NCBI GenBank assembly: GCA_002498185.1
Contig: DAGO01000079.1
Location: 35,643 to 67,913, forward strand
Length of the DNA: 32,271 nt
Source: Euryarchaeota archaeon UBA10
GTDB taxonomy: Archaea > Thermoplasmatota > Poseidoniia > Poseidoniales > Poseidoniaceae
Direction: 5' to 3'
The notes beneath the pieces were generated by a model. That model did not search any database, was not told the origin of the DNA, and saw only the letters and a list, made by a program, of their open reading frames with translations. This document shows, piece by piece, positions 1 to 7,714 of the stretch. The first letter of the stretch is position 1; each line of letters starts with the position of its first letter. A program made the position numbers and the translations under genes.

Positions 1-597
1 ACAACTCCGCCAGTCATTTTCTGAATATATGCTACGAAGTGGTTGAGGGTTGGATGCTCTGATAGAACGAAGTCCTCATCGACAGGCAGTGAGAATATTT
101 CTCGTACATCACCCATGATTTCCGCTTGCTTTACGGTATCAATTCCCAATTCGCCCTCGAGGTCCTGGTCCATCTCAATGAAATCTTCAGGATAGCCTGT
201 ATGTTTGACGACGACACCGATTAGCCTTGGCTGAATATCCTCTGCGCCACCGCTTGGGGCTTCTACTGTAGTAGCAGGTGCTGCAACCGGCGCAGGCTCA
301 GGCTCTGGTGTAGCTACCGGTTCTGGTGCTGCAACCTCGGCTGGCGCTTCTACAACAGCAGGAGCGCCTCCTTGCATCTTGTGAATGTAAGCAATCATGT
401 GATTCAACGTTGGATAATCTGATAGAACGAAATCCTCGTCAACAGGTAAACCGAATTTAGCACGGATATCTGCCATGATTTCTGCTTGCTTTACTGTATC
501 AATTCCCAATTCGCCTTCTAGGTCCTGGTCTAGTTCGACGAAGTCAGCAGGATACCCAGTATGGTTCACTACTACATCGATTACAATCTGAGTTGTA
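1..597 (-). repeat. Tandem 360-bp in-frame duplication encoding two PfaA-type carrier (ACP-like) domains separated by Ala/Pro-rich linkers
   Basis: Positions 61-235 align with 421-595 at an exact 360-nt offset (for example gatagaacgaagtcctcatcgacagg vs gatagaacgaaatcctcgtcaacagg). The core 113-170 vs 473-530 differs at 4 of 58 nt, all synonymous. Both copies encode DQDLEGELGIDTVKQAEIM. Confidence 0.9.
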
Positions 598-3500
598 TCG
601 CCTGCTGGGGCTGGCGTTGGCGCCGGTTGGCTAGCAGGGGCTGGGGCTGGCTCAGGTGCCGGTTCAGGCTCTGGAGCTTGCTCAACGATTACTGGAGCAG
701 CCTTGGTTGCTTCAGCGCTAGGAACCGCGTATTCCTCACCTTGGATTCCACCGTGGAGGTTGTTTTCTCCATCAACATATGCCACAAGCTTGTTCTTGAG
801 TACACGTAATTCGAGATTTGCTGTTCCTGCTAATGACTGATTCCAAGCAAGGAGTTTTTGTTTGTCGATTCTATCTCCAGAAAATTCGAACTTTCTAACA
901 AATGAAAGTCCAATTTGACTTCCAAATCCTGCTGCGAATCGCATTCCATACCTCAATTCAGAATAATCTCCTCCCTTCGAGAGGTTGAGGTTACCAAGTT
1001 CTGGATCTACCTCTTTGTGATTTGCAATTGGAGGTATTCTACCCGTCAACAAACCGTAGAACATCGATGCATCTTCAATTCCGACACCCATTGGATGTCC
1101 TGTGAATCCTTTGGTATTGGCGATTACAAGAGAATCTGTACTTGCACCGAAGGTCTCGCGCAATGCTTTGACCTCTGCTTGAGCTGAACCTCCTCTTGCC
1201 GGAGTGTAGGTTTCGTGAGAGAAGAACACTGTACTTGGAGCTATTTGATGTCTATCTAAGCCCCATCTCTGCTCGATTTCAGTTACGAATTCATTCACTG
1301 TTTTAGCCACATGGTCTACATCAAGTCTAGTCCCATGATATGCTGAGTTGGAAATCTTAGTGCCGAGTATCTCTGCCATAGGCTGAACGCCTCTAGCATC
1401 AGATTCTGACTTTCTCTCAACTACGAACGCTGCTGCACCCATTCCCAGAATCAATCCATTTCTTCTCTTGTCAAATGGGAGTGCTGTATCTTCGACAACA
1501 TTGCTGGTTGCGGCAGCTCCACTAGCAGCGAATCCTGAGCCAATCCACTCCCATAGGTCGTCTCCTGTCACATCATCAGCAGAGATGATTACAACTCTAT
1601 CACAACGGTCGTTAGCAAGCCAATCTTCAGCGACACCGAATGCTGCAGTTGCTGAAGCGCATGCTAGGTTGATTGTGGTGTTCGGCCCACGAATACCTAC
1701 ATGCTGTGCGAATTGGGAATGACCCATATTCAAAATCTGGAACAGATACCTTCTGTCAAATCGACCTTCTCCATCGTCGCCATCCACCTTAGCATGCTTT
1801 GCTGCCATTTGATGTCCTGCGAAACAAGAAGCGAATACAATCCCGGTTCTGTCTCGGTAAACCGAAGGCATTTGCCACGACCTAATTAGGCGCAGTCCGC
1901 CTTTACCGACCTGCTCGACCGGAGTAAGAGGGATTCCTGCATCTTTCAATGCGATTAGACCTGCTGCACATGCCAATTGAGTTGTGATATCCCAAGCGGC
2001 TGCAATCTTTGCTTCGATTCCAAATTCTTCTTCAGGGTCAAAGGCTGACATTACTCCTGCAAGTTGAGGTATGTCGCCAAATTCCTTAGCTGCATCCATT
2101 CCTACGCTGCCATCTCTTCCTTTGATTAGTCGCACGATATTCTTGTCAAGCAAACGTTGCTTGTACTCATCGCTGACTTCGCTAATGCAGGTCTCGCCTC
2201 GAACTAATTTCTCGAAATTGCCCTCATCGAAAACCCTCTCTCCACCTGGTAAGCCGAGAGAGATACCAGTGATTACGAATGGATCATCGTCTCTATCATC
2301 CAATTTTGTGGCTCTTGACTTGGCTCCTGTAATCGGGGCGGATGTAATCCATCGAGTGATATCCCCCGGAGTCTTTGCCACTGTAATATCCCAATCAGGG
2401 TCTGTGCTACATCTAGCATGAACTGTCGTGATGACATCTTGCACCTGTTGGTCGCTCATTCCCAAAACAGCACGCATGTCGACATTGCCTTGACAGAATT
2501 TCGCTGGATACCCTGTTTGAGCGGCAATCAATTCACCGACTAAGGCTTTCTTTGCTGCATCTGGGTCAACGTATGTGTCGCTGGACTTTACAACGGTCTT
2601 AGTAACAACTTCTCCACCCTTTGAGGGTAGAGGTTTACTTCTTTCTCTTAGAGGAGTTGTAGGCTTAGATACTGAGCTAGATGCTTCAATAGGGCCTGCT
2701 CGGAAAGCCTCGGTCAAGTGAGGGCTATCTCTTCCCGGCCACTGCGGTGGCCTTCCCGCAAGAGCAAGAGTTCCTAGAGCAGACAAGAAGGTCGCAATTC
2801 CTCCAGCCTTAGGATGGTTAGTCATCACAGGTAGGGCAGGCCTACCTTCGAGGATTTGCGATGCGAAAACTGTAAGCGCTCTTTTCGGTCCAACTTCCAA
2901 GAATATTCTCGCACCTGCGTCATACATCGAATTGACTTGAGTTGTCCACTCAACACTGGATGCCATTTGCGGTGCCAATTTTGAGAGTGCTGCGGCCTTA
3001 GAATCGCCGCCATCATCCATAGGATACCAGCCACCATCTACGTTGCTCGTAATCGGAATCTTTGGCCATTTAACGTCGAGATTCTCAAGGAATCTTCGTA
3101 GCGGTTCGTTTGCCGGCGCAACGATTCTCGAATGGAATGCATGGCTTGTTGCCAAGGCTACTGTCTGGAATCCTTCTGCCTCGAAACGGGACATCGCCGC
3201 CTTGACAGGTTCTGTTTCTCCAGCGATAACTGTCATCTTTGGAGAGTTCTTGTTCGCAGCGATAACATAGCCATCAACTTCCTCGATAATCTCAGCAATT
3301 CTCTCGTAAGGAGCGGTGACGCTAGCCATCAATCCCTTGTCATCAATTTCGACGCTGCCCATTTCAGTACCACGGGCGGCTGCGGCTCTCAAAGCGCCAT
3401 CCATGTCTAGGATTCCTGCACTCATCAATGCAGCATATTCGCCTAGGCTGTGTCCAGCAACCATGTCTGGCTTGTGTCCGTGAGCATTCAGTGCGGCTTC

Positions 3501-5618
3501 TATTGCTAAATCCGCAGTAAGCATTGCTGGCTGTGTATACTCGGTTTGCTTGAGCTTGTGCTCAGCCTCTTTCTTTTCTTCATCACTGAGATTTTCTCTC
3601 AGAACGAATGATGACAGGGTTTCTCCATCTAGGACATCAACCATAGTGATGTCAGCCTTGTTCCAAACTTCGCCAACTCCCGTATATCTTGAATTCAAAT
3701 CATTGGTCATGCCAACATATTGACTACCTTGCCCGGGATACATGTGAGCGACTTTTGCTTCGCTTGGAAGTGCAGGGTCGTTGCTAATTAGAATGCCTTG
3801 ACTCATCAAGAAGCCCCATTTCCCAGGGTCGTCCATCGCCTTGAGTGCCAAGTCCTTACGCTTGTTGAACTCAGCCCAACTAGTCGCTGTAATCGCCATT
3901 CTTAGCGAATCGCTGGTATCATAGGACCAGTGTTCAGGTAGTGTGAATGAAAGACGCATTCCTTTTGGGTCATCGTCGAAATTACTTCCCGAAAATGTAA
4001 TTCCGGCCAATTTGGATTTGACGGTTTCAACAGAGTCACCAGACAGCAATAGTAGGCCGCCTTCAATCGCTTTGAGTTCTTCATGTGTCATTGTTGGTTT
4101 AGAAGATGAAGTCGTTGCTGTTCCAGCATATGCATCCCATCTTCCATCCCACTCCGATACCAAATCAGCGTGATAATCAGGAACATACTCTTCCAATGTT
4201 ACGTGGAAATTTGTTCCACCGAAACCGAATGCGGAGATACCTGCTCTACGTGGATTGGTTTCTGGTTTAGGCCAATCCAATGCTTTGGTTGGAACGAAGA
4301 ATGGAATTTCGCCCCATTCTACGGTAGGATTAGGCGTTTCGAAACCTGCGCTCGGCGGGATTGTAGCGTGGTAAACCGCGTTACATGCCTTCATTATTCC
4401 AGCAATTCCTGCTGCAGCCTTCAAGTGACCAATCTGGCTTTTCACTGAACCAACAGCGATGTGATCTCCGCCATCGAGACCGGTCCAAAGCAGGGAAAGT
4501 GTCGATAATTCTGTTGCGTCACCCACCTTCGTTGATGTGCCGTGAGCCTCAACCAACTCAACGGTTGATGGCTCATATCCTGCTTGCGCATAGGCTCTGC
4601 TTACAGCTTGAACCTGTCCTCTCTGACTCGGTGCGGTGATTCCCTTGCCTCTGCCATCAGAAGAGCCTCCGACTCCACGAATAACCGCCTTGATATCATC
4701 ACCGTCATCGATTGCATCGGACAATCTCTTGAGAAGAAGTACACCTGCTCCTTCACCCATTACGAATCCGTTTGCTCTTGCATCGAATGGAGTTGAATGA
4801 GTGGGAGAAAGAGCGCCAATCGCACTGAACTTAGCATAGGTTGGTGCCTCCATGCAGCGGTCGGTCGCTCCGGCTAGCATAGTGTCGACTTGACGTGTTT
4901 GGAGTAGACGGCATGCATCTAGCAATGCCGCCATCGAAGATGCACATGCTGCATCTGTGGAATAATTTGGACCTTGTAAATCAAGCAAATTAGCGACTCG
5001 GCCGCTGACTACATTTGCTAATTCTCCCGGCATAGTGTCCTCATCAATGCGTGGAGTGCCTTCGCAGATTTTCTCCACCATAGCGTCTGCTTGCTCAGGA
5101 GTTACGCCATTGTCGATAGCGATTTTTCTCATTTCGGCACTGAATACTCGAATGTTTGATTCAGAACGATTCTCACCGCCCAGTGCATTAGCAAAAATCA
5201 CGCCTGTGCGAGCTCTATCGAGCGTTTTTCCGCCTTCGCCATAACCTGCGTTATCGATTGCATCTGCGGAAACCGTGACCGCCCACAACTGGCATGGGTC
5301 GATTTGAGGTAGAGTCCCCGGGGGCTGCCTCCATCTGCGCCAATCGAACTCATAGCCGTCTACAAATCCTCCAATTTTGGAGTACGTCTTACCTTCGCTG
5401 ACATTCCCAGGTGCGCCGTTTTCCCAGTAAATATCTGGATCCCAGCGGTCTTTCGAGACTTCCTTAATCGAGACATGAGCATCGATTATGTTCTGCCAAA
5501 ACTCCTCGATGGAGGTTGCATCTGGCATCAGTGCTGCCATTCCAATAACCGCAATCGGCTCGAATGGAGATTGATTCAATCCGTCTACTTGTTTTCCGTC
5601 TGCAGTGGTAATCGTCAT
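1..5618 (-). CDS. Type I polyketide/PUFA-synthase-like megasynthase, N-terminal >=1872 aa (KS-AT-carrier-like-KS-carrier-carrier...); 3' end runs off the left window edge
   Basis: My own translation of the minus frame from ATG 5618-5616 (MTITTADGKQVDGLNQSPFEPIAVIGMAALMPDA...) stays open to position 1. It is absent from the ORF track because there is no stop in the window. KS motifs: TDAACASS, EAHGTSTKVGD, GFGGTNFH. AT motifs: YPGQGSQY, GHSLGE, SHAFHS. Second KS: INLACASAT, NTKGFTGHPMG. Two PfaA-like carrier repeats follow. A GGGGGAG SD-like element sits 7 nt upstream of the ATG, inside the last codons of fabI. Confidence 0.85.
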   Translation of the reverse strand, partial: MTITTADGKQVDGLNQSPFEPIAVIGMAALMPDATSIEEFWQNIIDAHVSIKEVSKDRWDPDIYWENGAPGNVSEGKTYSKIGGFVDGYEFDWRRWRQPPGTLPQIDPCQLWAVTVSADAIDNAGYGEGGKTLDRARTGVIFANALGGENRSESNIRVFSAEMRKIAIDNGVTPEQADAMVEKICEGTPRIDEDTMPGELANVVSGRVANLLDLQGPNYSTDAACASSMAALLDACRLLQTRQVDTMLAGATDRCMEAPTYAKFSAIGALSPTHSTPFDARANGFVMGEGAGVLLLKRLSDAIDDGDDIKAVIRGVGGSSDGRGKGITAPSQRGQVQAVSRAYAQAGYEPSTVELVEAHGTSTKVGDATELSTLSLLWTGLDGGDHIAVGSVKSQIGHLKAAAGIAGIMKACNAVYHATIPPSAGFETPNPTVEWGEIPFFVPTKALDWPKPETNPRRAGISAFGFGGTNFHVTLEEYVPDYHADLVSEWDGRWDAYAGTATTSSSKPTMTHEELKAIEGGLLLLSGDSVETVKSKLAGITFSGSNFDDDPKGMRLSFTLPEHWSYDTSDSLRMAITATSWAEFNKRKDLALKAMDDPGKWGFLMSQGILISNDPALPSEAKVAHMYPGQGSQYVGMTNDLNSRYTGVGEVWNKADITMVDVLDGETLSSFVLRENLSDEEKKEAEHKLKQTEYTQPAMLTADLAIEAALNAHGHKPDMVAGHSLGEYAALMSAGILDMDGALRAAAARGTEMGSVEIDDKGLMASVTAPYERIAEIIEEVDGYVIAANKNSPKMTVIAGETEPVKAAMSRFEAEGFQTVALATSHAFHSRIVAPANEPLRRFLENLDVKWPKIPITSNVDGGWYPMDDGGDSKAAALSKLAPQMASSVEWTTQVNSMYDAGARIFLEVGPKRALTVFASQILEGRPALPVMTNHPKAGGIATFLSALGTLALAGRPPQWPGRDSPHLTEAFRAGPIEASSSVSKPTTPLRERSKPLPSKGGEVVTKTVVKSSDTYVDPDAAKKALVGELIAAQTGYPAKFCQGNVDMRAVLGMSDQQVQDVITTVHARCSTDPDWDITVAKTPGDITRWITSAPITGAKSRATKLDDRDDDPFVITGISLGLPGGERVFDEGNFEKLVRGETCISEVSDEYKQRLLDKNIVRLIKGRDGSVGMDAAKEFGDIPQLAGVMSAFDPEEEFGIEAKIAAAWDITTQLACAAGLIALKDAGIPLTPVEQVGKGGLRLIRSWQMPSVYRDRTGIVFASCFAGHQMAAKHAKVDGDDGEGRFDRRYLFQILNMGHSQFAQHVGIRGPNTTINLACASATAAFGVAEDWLANDRCDRVVIISADDVTGDDLWEWIGSGFAASGAAATSNVVEDTALPFDKRRNGLILGMGAAAFVVERKSESDARGVQPMAEILGTKISNSAYHGTRLDVDHVAKTVNEFVTEIEQRWGLDRHQIAPSTVFFSHETYTPARGGSAQAEVKALRETFGASTDSLVIANTKGFTGHPMGVGIEDASMFYGLLTGRIPPIANHKEVDPELGNLNLSKGGDYSELRYGMRFAAGFGSQIGLSFVRKFEFSGDRIDKQKLLAWNQSLAGTANLELRVLKNKLVAYVDGENNLHGGIQGEEYAVPSAEATKAAPVIVEQAPEPEPAPEPAPAPASQPAPTPAPAGDTTQIVIDVVVNHTGYPADFVELDQDLEGELGIDTVKQAEIMADIRAKFGLPVDEDFVLSDYPTLNHMIAYIHKMQGGAPAVVEAPAEVAAPEPVATPEPEPAPVAAPATTVEAPSGGAEDIQPRLIGVVVKHTGYPEDFIEMDQDLEGELGIDTVKQAEIMGDVREIFSLPVDEDFVLSEHPTLNHFVAYIQKMTGGV
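885..2295 (-). other. Ketosynthase domain 2 (divergent, catalytic residues apparently present)
   Basis: DDPFVITGISLGLPGG...GPNTTINLACASATAAFG (Cys codon 1659-1661)...FFSHETYTPARGGSAQAE...ANTKGFTGHPMGVGIED...AAGFGSQIGLSF. Confidence 0.7.
2340..2545 (-). other. Degenerate carrier-protein-like domain between AT and KS2
   Basis: QTGYPAKFCQGNVDMRAVLGMSDQQVQDVITTVH aligns by eye with the downstream repeats (TGYPADFVELDQDLEGELGIDTVKQAEIM). The signature reads LGMSD instead of LGIDS/T. Confidence 0.4.
2830..3760 (-). other. Acyltransferase (malonyl-type) domain of the megasynthase
   Basis: HMYPGQGSQYVGM; PDMVAGHSLGEYAALMSAG (Ser codon 3447-3449); ATSHAFHSRIV (HAFH motif, usually associated with malonyl specificity). 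Confidence 0.8.
4190..5567 (-). other. Ketosynthase domain 1 of the megasynthase
   Basis: PIAVIGMAALMPDA...STDAACASS (Cys codon 4944-4946)...VEAHGTSTKVGDATE...VKSQIGHLKAAAG...GISAFGFGGTNFHVTLEEY. The Cys-His-His triad is readable. Confidence 0.8.
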
Positions 5619-5622
5619 CTGA

Positions 5623-6417
5623 TTACTCCCCCATAATGCTCGATGGGACCATCGTTATCGAATATCCAGCATCAACATGGATACACTGTCCCGTCACTCC
5701 CGCTGAAAGTGGGCTGGCCAGCCAAGTAGTGCAACCTGCGACGTCAGACTGGGTTACATTTCTGCGAAGTGGTGAGTTTGCTGCAACGTGGTCGAGGATA
5801 TTATCGAATCCAGGAATTCCGCTTGCTGCAATGGTTCGAATGGGCCCACTGGAGATGGAATTGACACGGTGTCCTTCTGGGCCTAAGTGGCACGCTAATT
5901 CTCTAGTCCAGCACTCTAGAGCTGCTTTTGCCATGCTCATTATTCCGTAAGAAGGAACGTGCCTTGTTGATGCAGCGTAGGTCAATGTGATTGTTGATGA
6001 GCCAGGATTTAGGTGTGGCAATGCGAACTTCAAGCATCTTTGCAAAGAGTTAGCAGAGATTGTGTAAGCAGTATTGATGCTCTCATCGTCGACGAAAAGG
6101 ATCGGTCGGTCAAAGCATTCCCTTGGTGCAAATCCGATAGCGTGAATCAGAATGTCTGCTTTTAGCCCGGGATTTTCTTTGCTGAAAGCATCGAAGAATT
6201 CCTTGGTATCCGCATCAGAAGCGACGTCTAGAGGATAGAAACCGGCTATTGCTGGGAGTTTGTCTTTGAGTTGGAATACTCGTGACATGAAACGCTTCTG
6301 ATAACCCAAGTACAGAGTCACCCCTGCTTCGGCCAAACTTTGGCAAATTGCCCAAGCGATTGAGTCTTCACTGGCCACTCCGAAAACAAATGCAACTTTA
6401 CCTTGTAAACCAAGCAT
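5623..6417 (-). CDS. fabI: Enoyl-[acyl-carrier-protein] reductase, SDR-type (FabI family)
   Basis: MLGLQGKVAFVFGVASEDSIAWAI (FabI N-terminal glycine-rich pattern) and SYGIMSMAKAALE (Y-x6-K catalytic pattern). I prefer the ATG at 6417 over the track's GTG at 6426. The stop lies 4 nt before the megasynthase ATG. Confidence 0.85.
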   Translation of the reverse strand: MLGLQGKVAFVFGVASEDSIAWAICQSLAEAGVTLYLGYQKRFMSRVFQLKDKLPAIAGFYPLDVASDADTKEFFDAFSKENPGLKADILIHAIGFAPRECFDRPILFVDDESINTAYTISANSLQRCLKFALPHLNPGSSTITLTYAASTRHVPSYGIMSMAKAALECWTRELACHLGPEGHRVNSISSGPIRTIAASGIPGFDNILDHVAANSPLRRNVTQSDVAGCTTWLASPLSAGVTGQCIHVDAGYSITMVPSSIMGE

Positions 6418-6423
6418 GATTAG

Positions 6424-6444
6424 CACCTACCCTTAGGGTAGGTG
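6424..6444 (-). promoter_or_regulatory. Perfect 9-bp hairpin whose 3' arm is the SD-like element of fabI
   Basis: Plus strand is cacctaccc-tta-gggtaggtg. The mRNA sense reads CACCUACCC UAA GGGUAGGUG CUAAUC AUG. Confidence 0.4.
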
Positions 6445-6533
6445 TTTCCCTTGCCATGACGCCTATGACTGTTGCCATAGGAAATAAGGGCTAAAAGTCG
6501 ATTATCGCAGTGAATTTTCGAACTCGATTTGCT

Positions 6534-7667
6534 TCACAAATCTTCAAAATCGAAATCGTCCATATCGTCAAGGTCGTCGAAGTCCAAATCATCTTCAAAC
6601 TCGTCTTCAATTTGCTCTTCAGGAATCCCTGCCTTTTTCATCATCCTTCTTGCCGCTTTGTTAGCCTTCTTTTCAGCCTTGGCAGCCTTCTTGGCTTCCT
6701 TTGCAGCAATCTTTTGCTTACCTGCTTTCTTGGTTAGTCTGGAGATGATTACCAGTAGTAGAATTACTCCGACTAAACCGCCGCCGCCCATTGCAATCAT
6801 TGCAATGCTGTCTTGATCCATTGAATCTAGGCCAATTGACCCTCCACCACCGCTAGAAGCTGCGACTACAACCCTAACCGAAACTTCGCTTGCTTCGGCT
6901 TCAGTGTCTAGTTTCGAATATGCTCGCAACTCAACTTGAATCGAAATTTCCTCAGATGAATCTGATGGCGCCTCAAGGATAATTGTTCCTTGGTCAGAGG
7001 ATGCACCCGGGTTCACGGTTGCACGGAAAAATGGGTCAGAAACAAATTTGAATCCTGCATCTTCAATCTGCTGAAGATTTAGGATTTCAACTTCCAAATT
7101 GTCGACTCTGTTACCATCGTTGAAAATGGTGAATTGAAGCGTTGCTTCTCCGCCTGCTTCGATGTTTCTAGTGGAAGGATTCGAGACTTCCAAGTCCATT
7201 CTTGAGTAAGGTAATGAGCTTACAGAACCGCCGGTTTCAGATGTTGAGCCTGCTTGTCCAAGCGGTATCGTGAATGGGTCACTTCCGATTGTAACACTGG
7301 TAACTGTTGCAGTAATGTTGTAATCTTCACTCAAAACTTCAATTCTAGGCGATGCGGAAAATGTCGCCATGAAGGTTGCGTCTTCTCCAGCACCGAGTTC
7401 AACCGAAGACTCAGACAAGGATAATGAGAAATCATTCCCGTCTAAATTGCTGTCTAAATCTACATTTTGAGGAAATGATCCTGTATTTGTCACGGTACAT
7501 GTGACTGAAACCGGTGCGTTTTGTTCTGGGTGAACATTGATTTTTATTGTGGATTCGTTACACTCAACCTCTACGCCAACAGGTGTTAGTTGCGCTTGTG
7601 TATTCATCGGAGTGAACAAACATAACACTAGAATGGACACTAAAAACACCCTAGTTACGGTTTGCAT
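6534..7667 (-). CDS. Secreted, C-terminally TM-anchored surface protein (CARDB/S-layer-like beta-rich ectodomain) with a Lys-rich then strongly acidic cytoplasmic tail
   Basis: Signal-peptide-like N-terminus MQTVTRVFLVSILVLCLFTPMNTQAQ. Repeated ...T(V/I)xNxG...DL patterns. TM segment GGGGLVGVILLLVIISRL. Tail KKAGKQKIAAKEAKKAAKAEKKANK...DEFEDDLDFDDLDDMDDFDFEDL. Confidence 0.7.
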   Translation of the reverse strand: MQTVTRVFLVSILVLCLFTPMNTQAQLTPVGVEVECNESTIKINVHPEQNAPVSVTCTVTNTGSFPQNVDLDSNLDGNDFSLSLSESSVELGAGEDATFMATFSASPRIEVLSEDYNITATVTSVTIGSDPFTIPLGQAGSTSETGGSVSSLPYSRMDLEVSNPSTRNIEAGGEATLQFTIFNDGNRVDNLEVEILNLQQIEDAGFKFVSDPFFRATVNPGASSDQGTIILEAPSDSSEEISIQVELRAYSKLDTEAEASEVSVRVVVAASSGGGGSIGLDSMDQDSIAMIAMGGGGLVGVILLLVIISRLTKKAGKQKIAAKEAKKAAKAEKKANKAARRMMKKAGIPEEQIEDEFEDDLDFDDLDDMDDFDFEDL

Positions 7668-7669
7668 CG

Positions 7670-7688
7670 TCCCTCCCGAAGGGAGGGA
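7670..7688 (-). promoter_or_regulatory. Perfect 8-bp hairpin sequestering the GGGAGGGA SD of the surface-protein gene
   Basis: Plus strand is tccctccc-gaa-gggaggga. The mRNA sense reads UCCCUCCC UUC GGGAGGGA CG AUG (ATG at 7667). It lies between the TatD stop (7715) and the next start. Confidence 0.45.
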
Positions 7689-7714
7689 TAGTCATGAACT
7701 CTTTGGGCGATGAA

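Noticed and set aside
1-597. A CRISPR-like or mobile-element repeat, suggested by the 360-bp periodic repeat
   Set aside because: The repeats are in frame within the megasynthase and encode carrier domains plus linkers. The unit is far longer than a CRISPR repeat-spacer unit and has no short conserved direct repeats.
561-5244. The roughly 20 short plus-strand ORFs (and two short minus-strand ones) listed in the track across the left 5.6 kb
   Set aside because: They lie antisense or out of frame within a continuous minus-strand frame with unmistakable KS/AT/carrier motifs. Their translations are low-complexity or Ser/Cys/Leu-rich shadows with no recognisable motifs.
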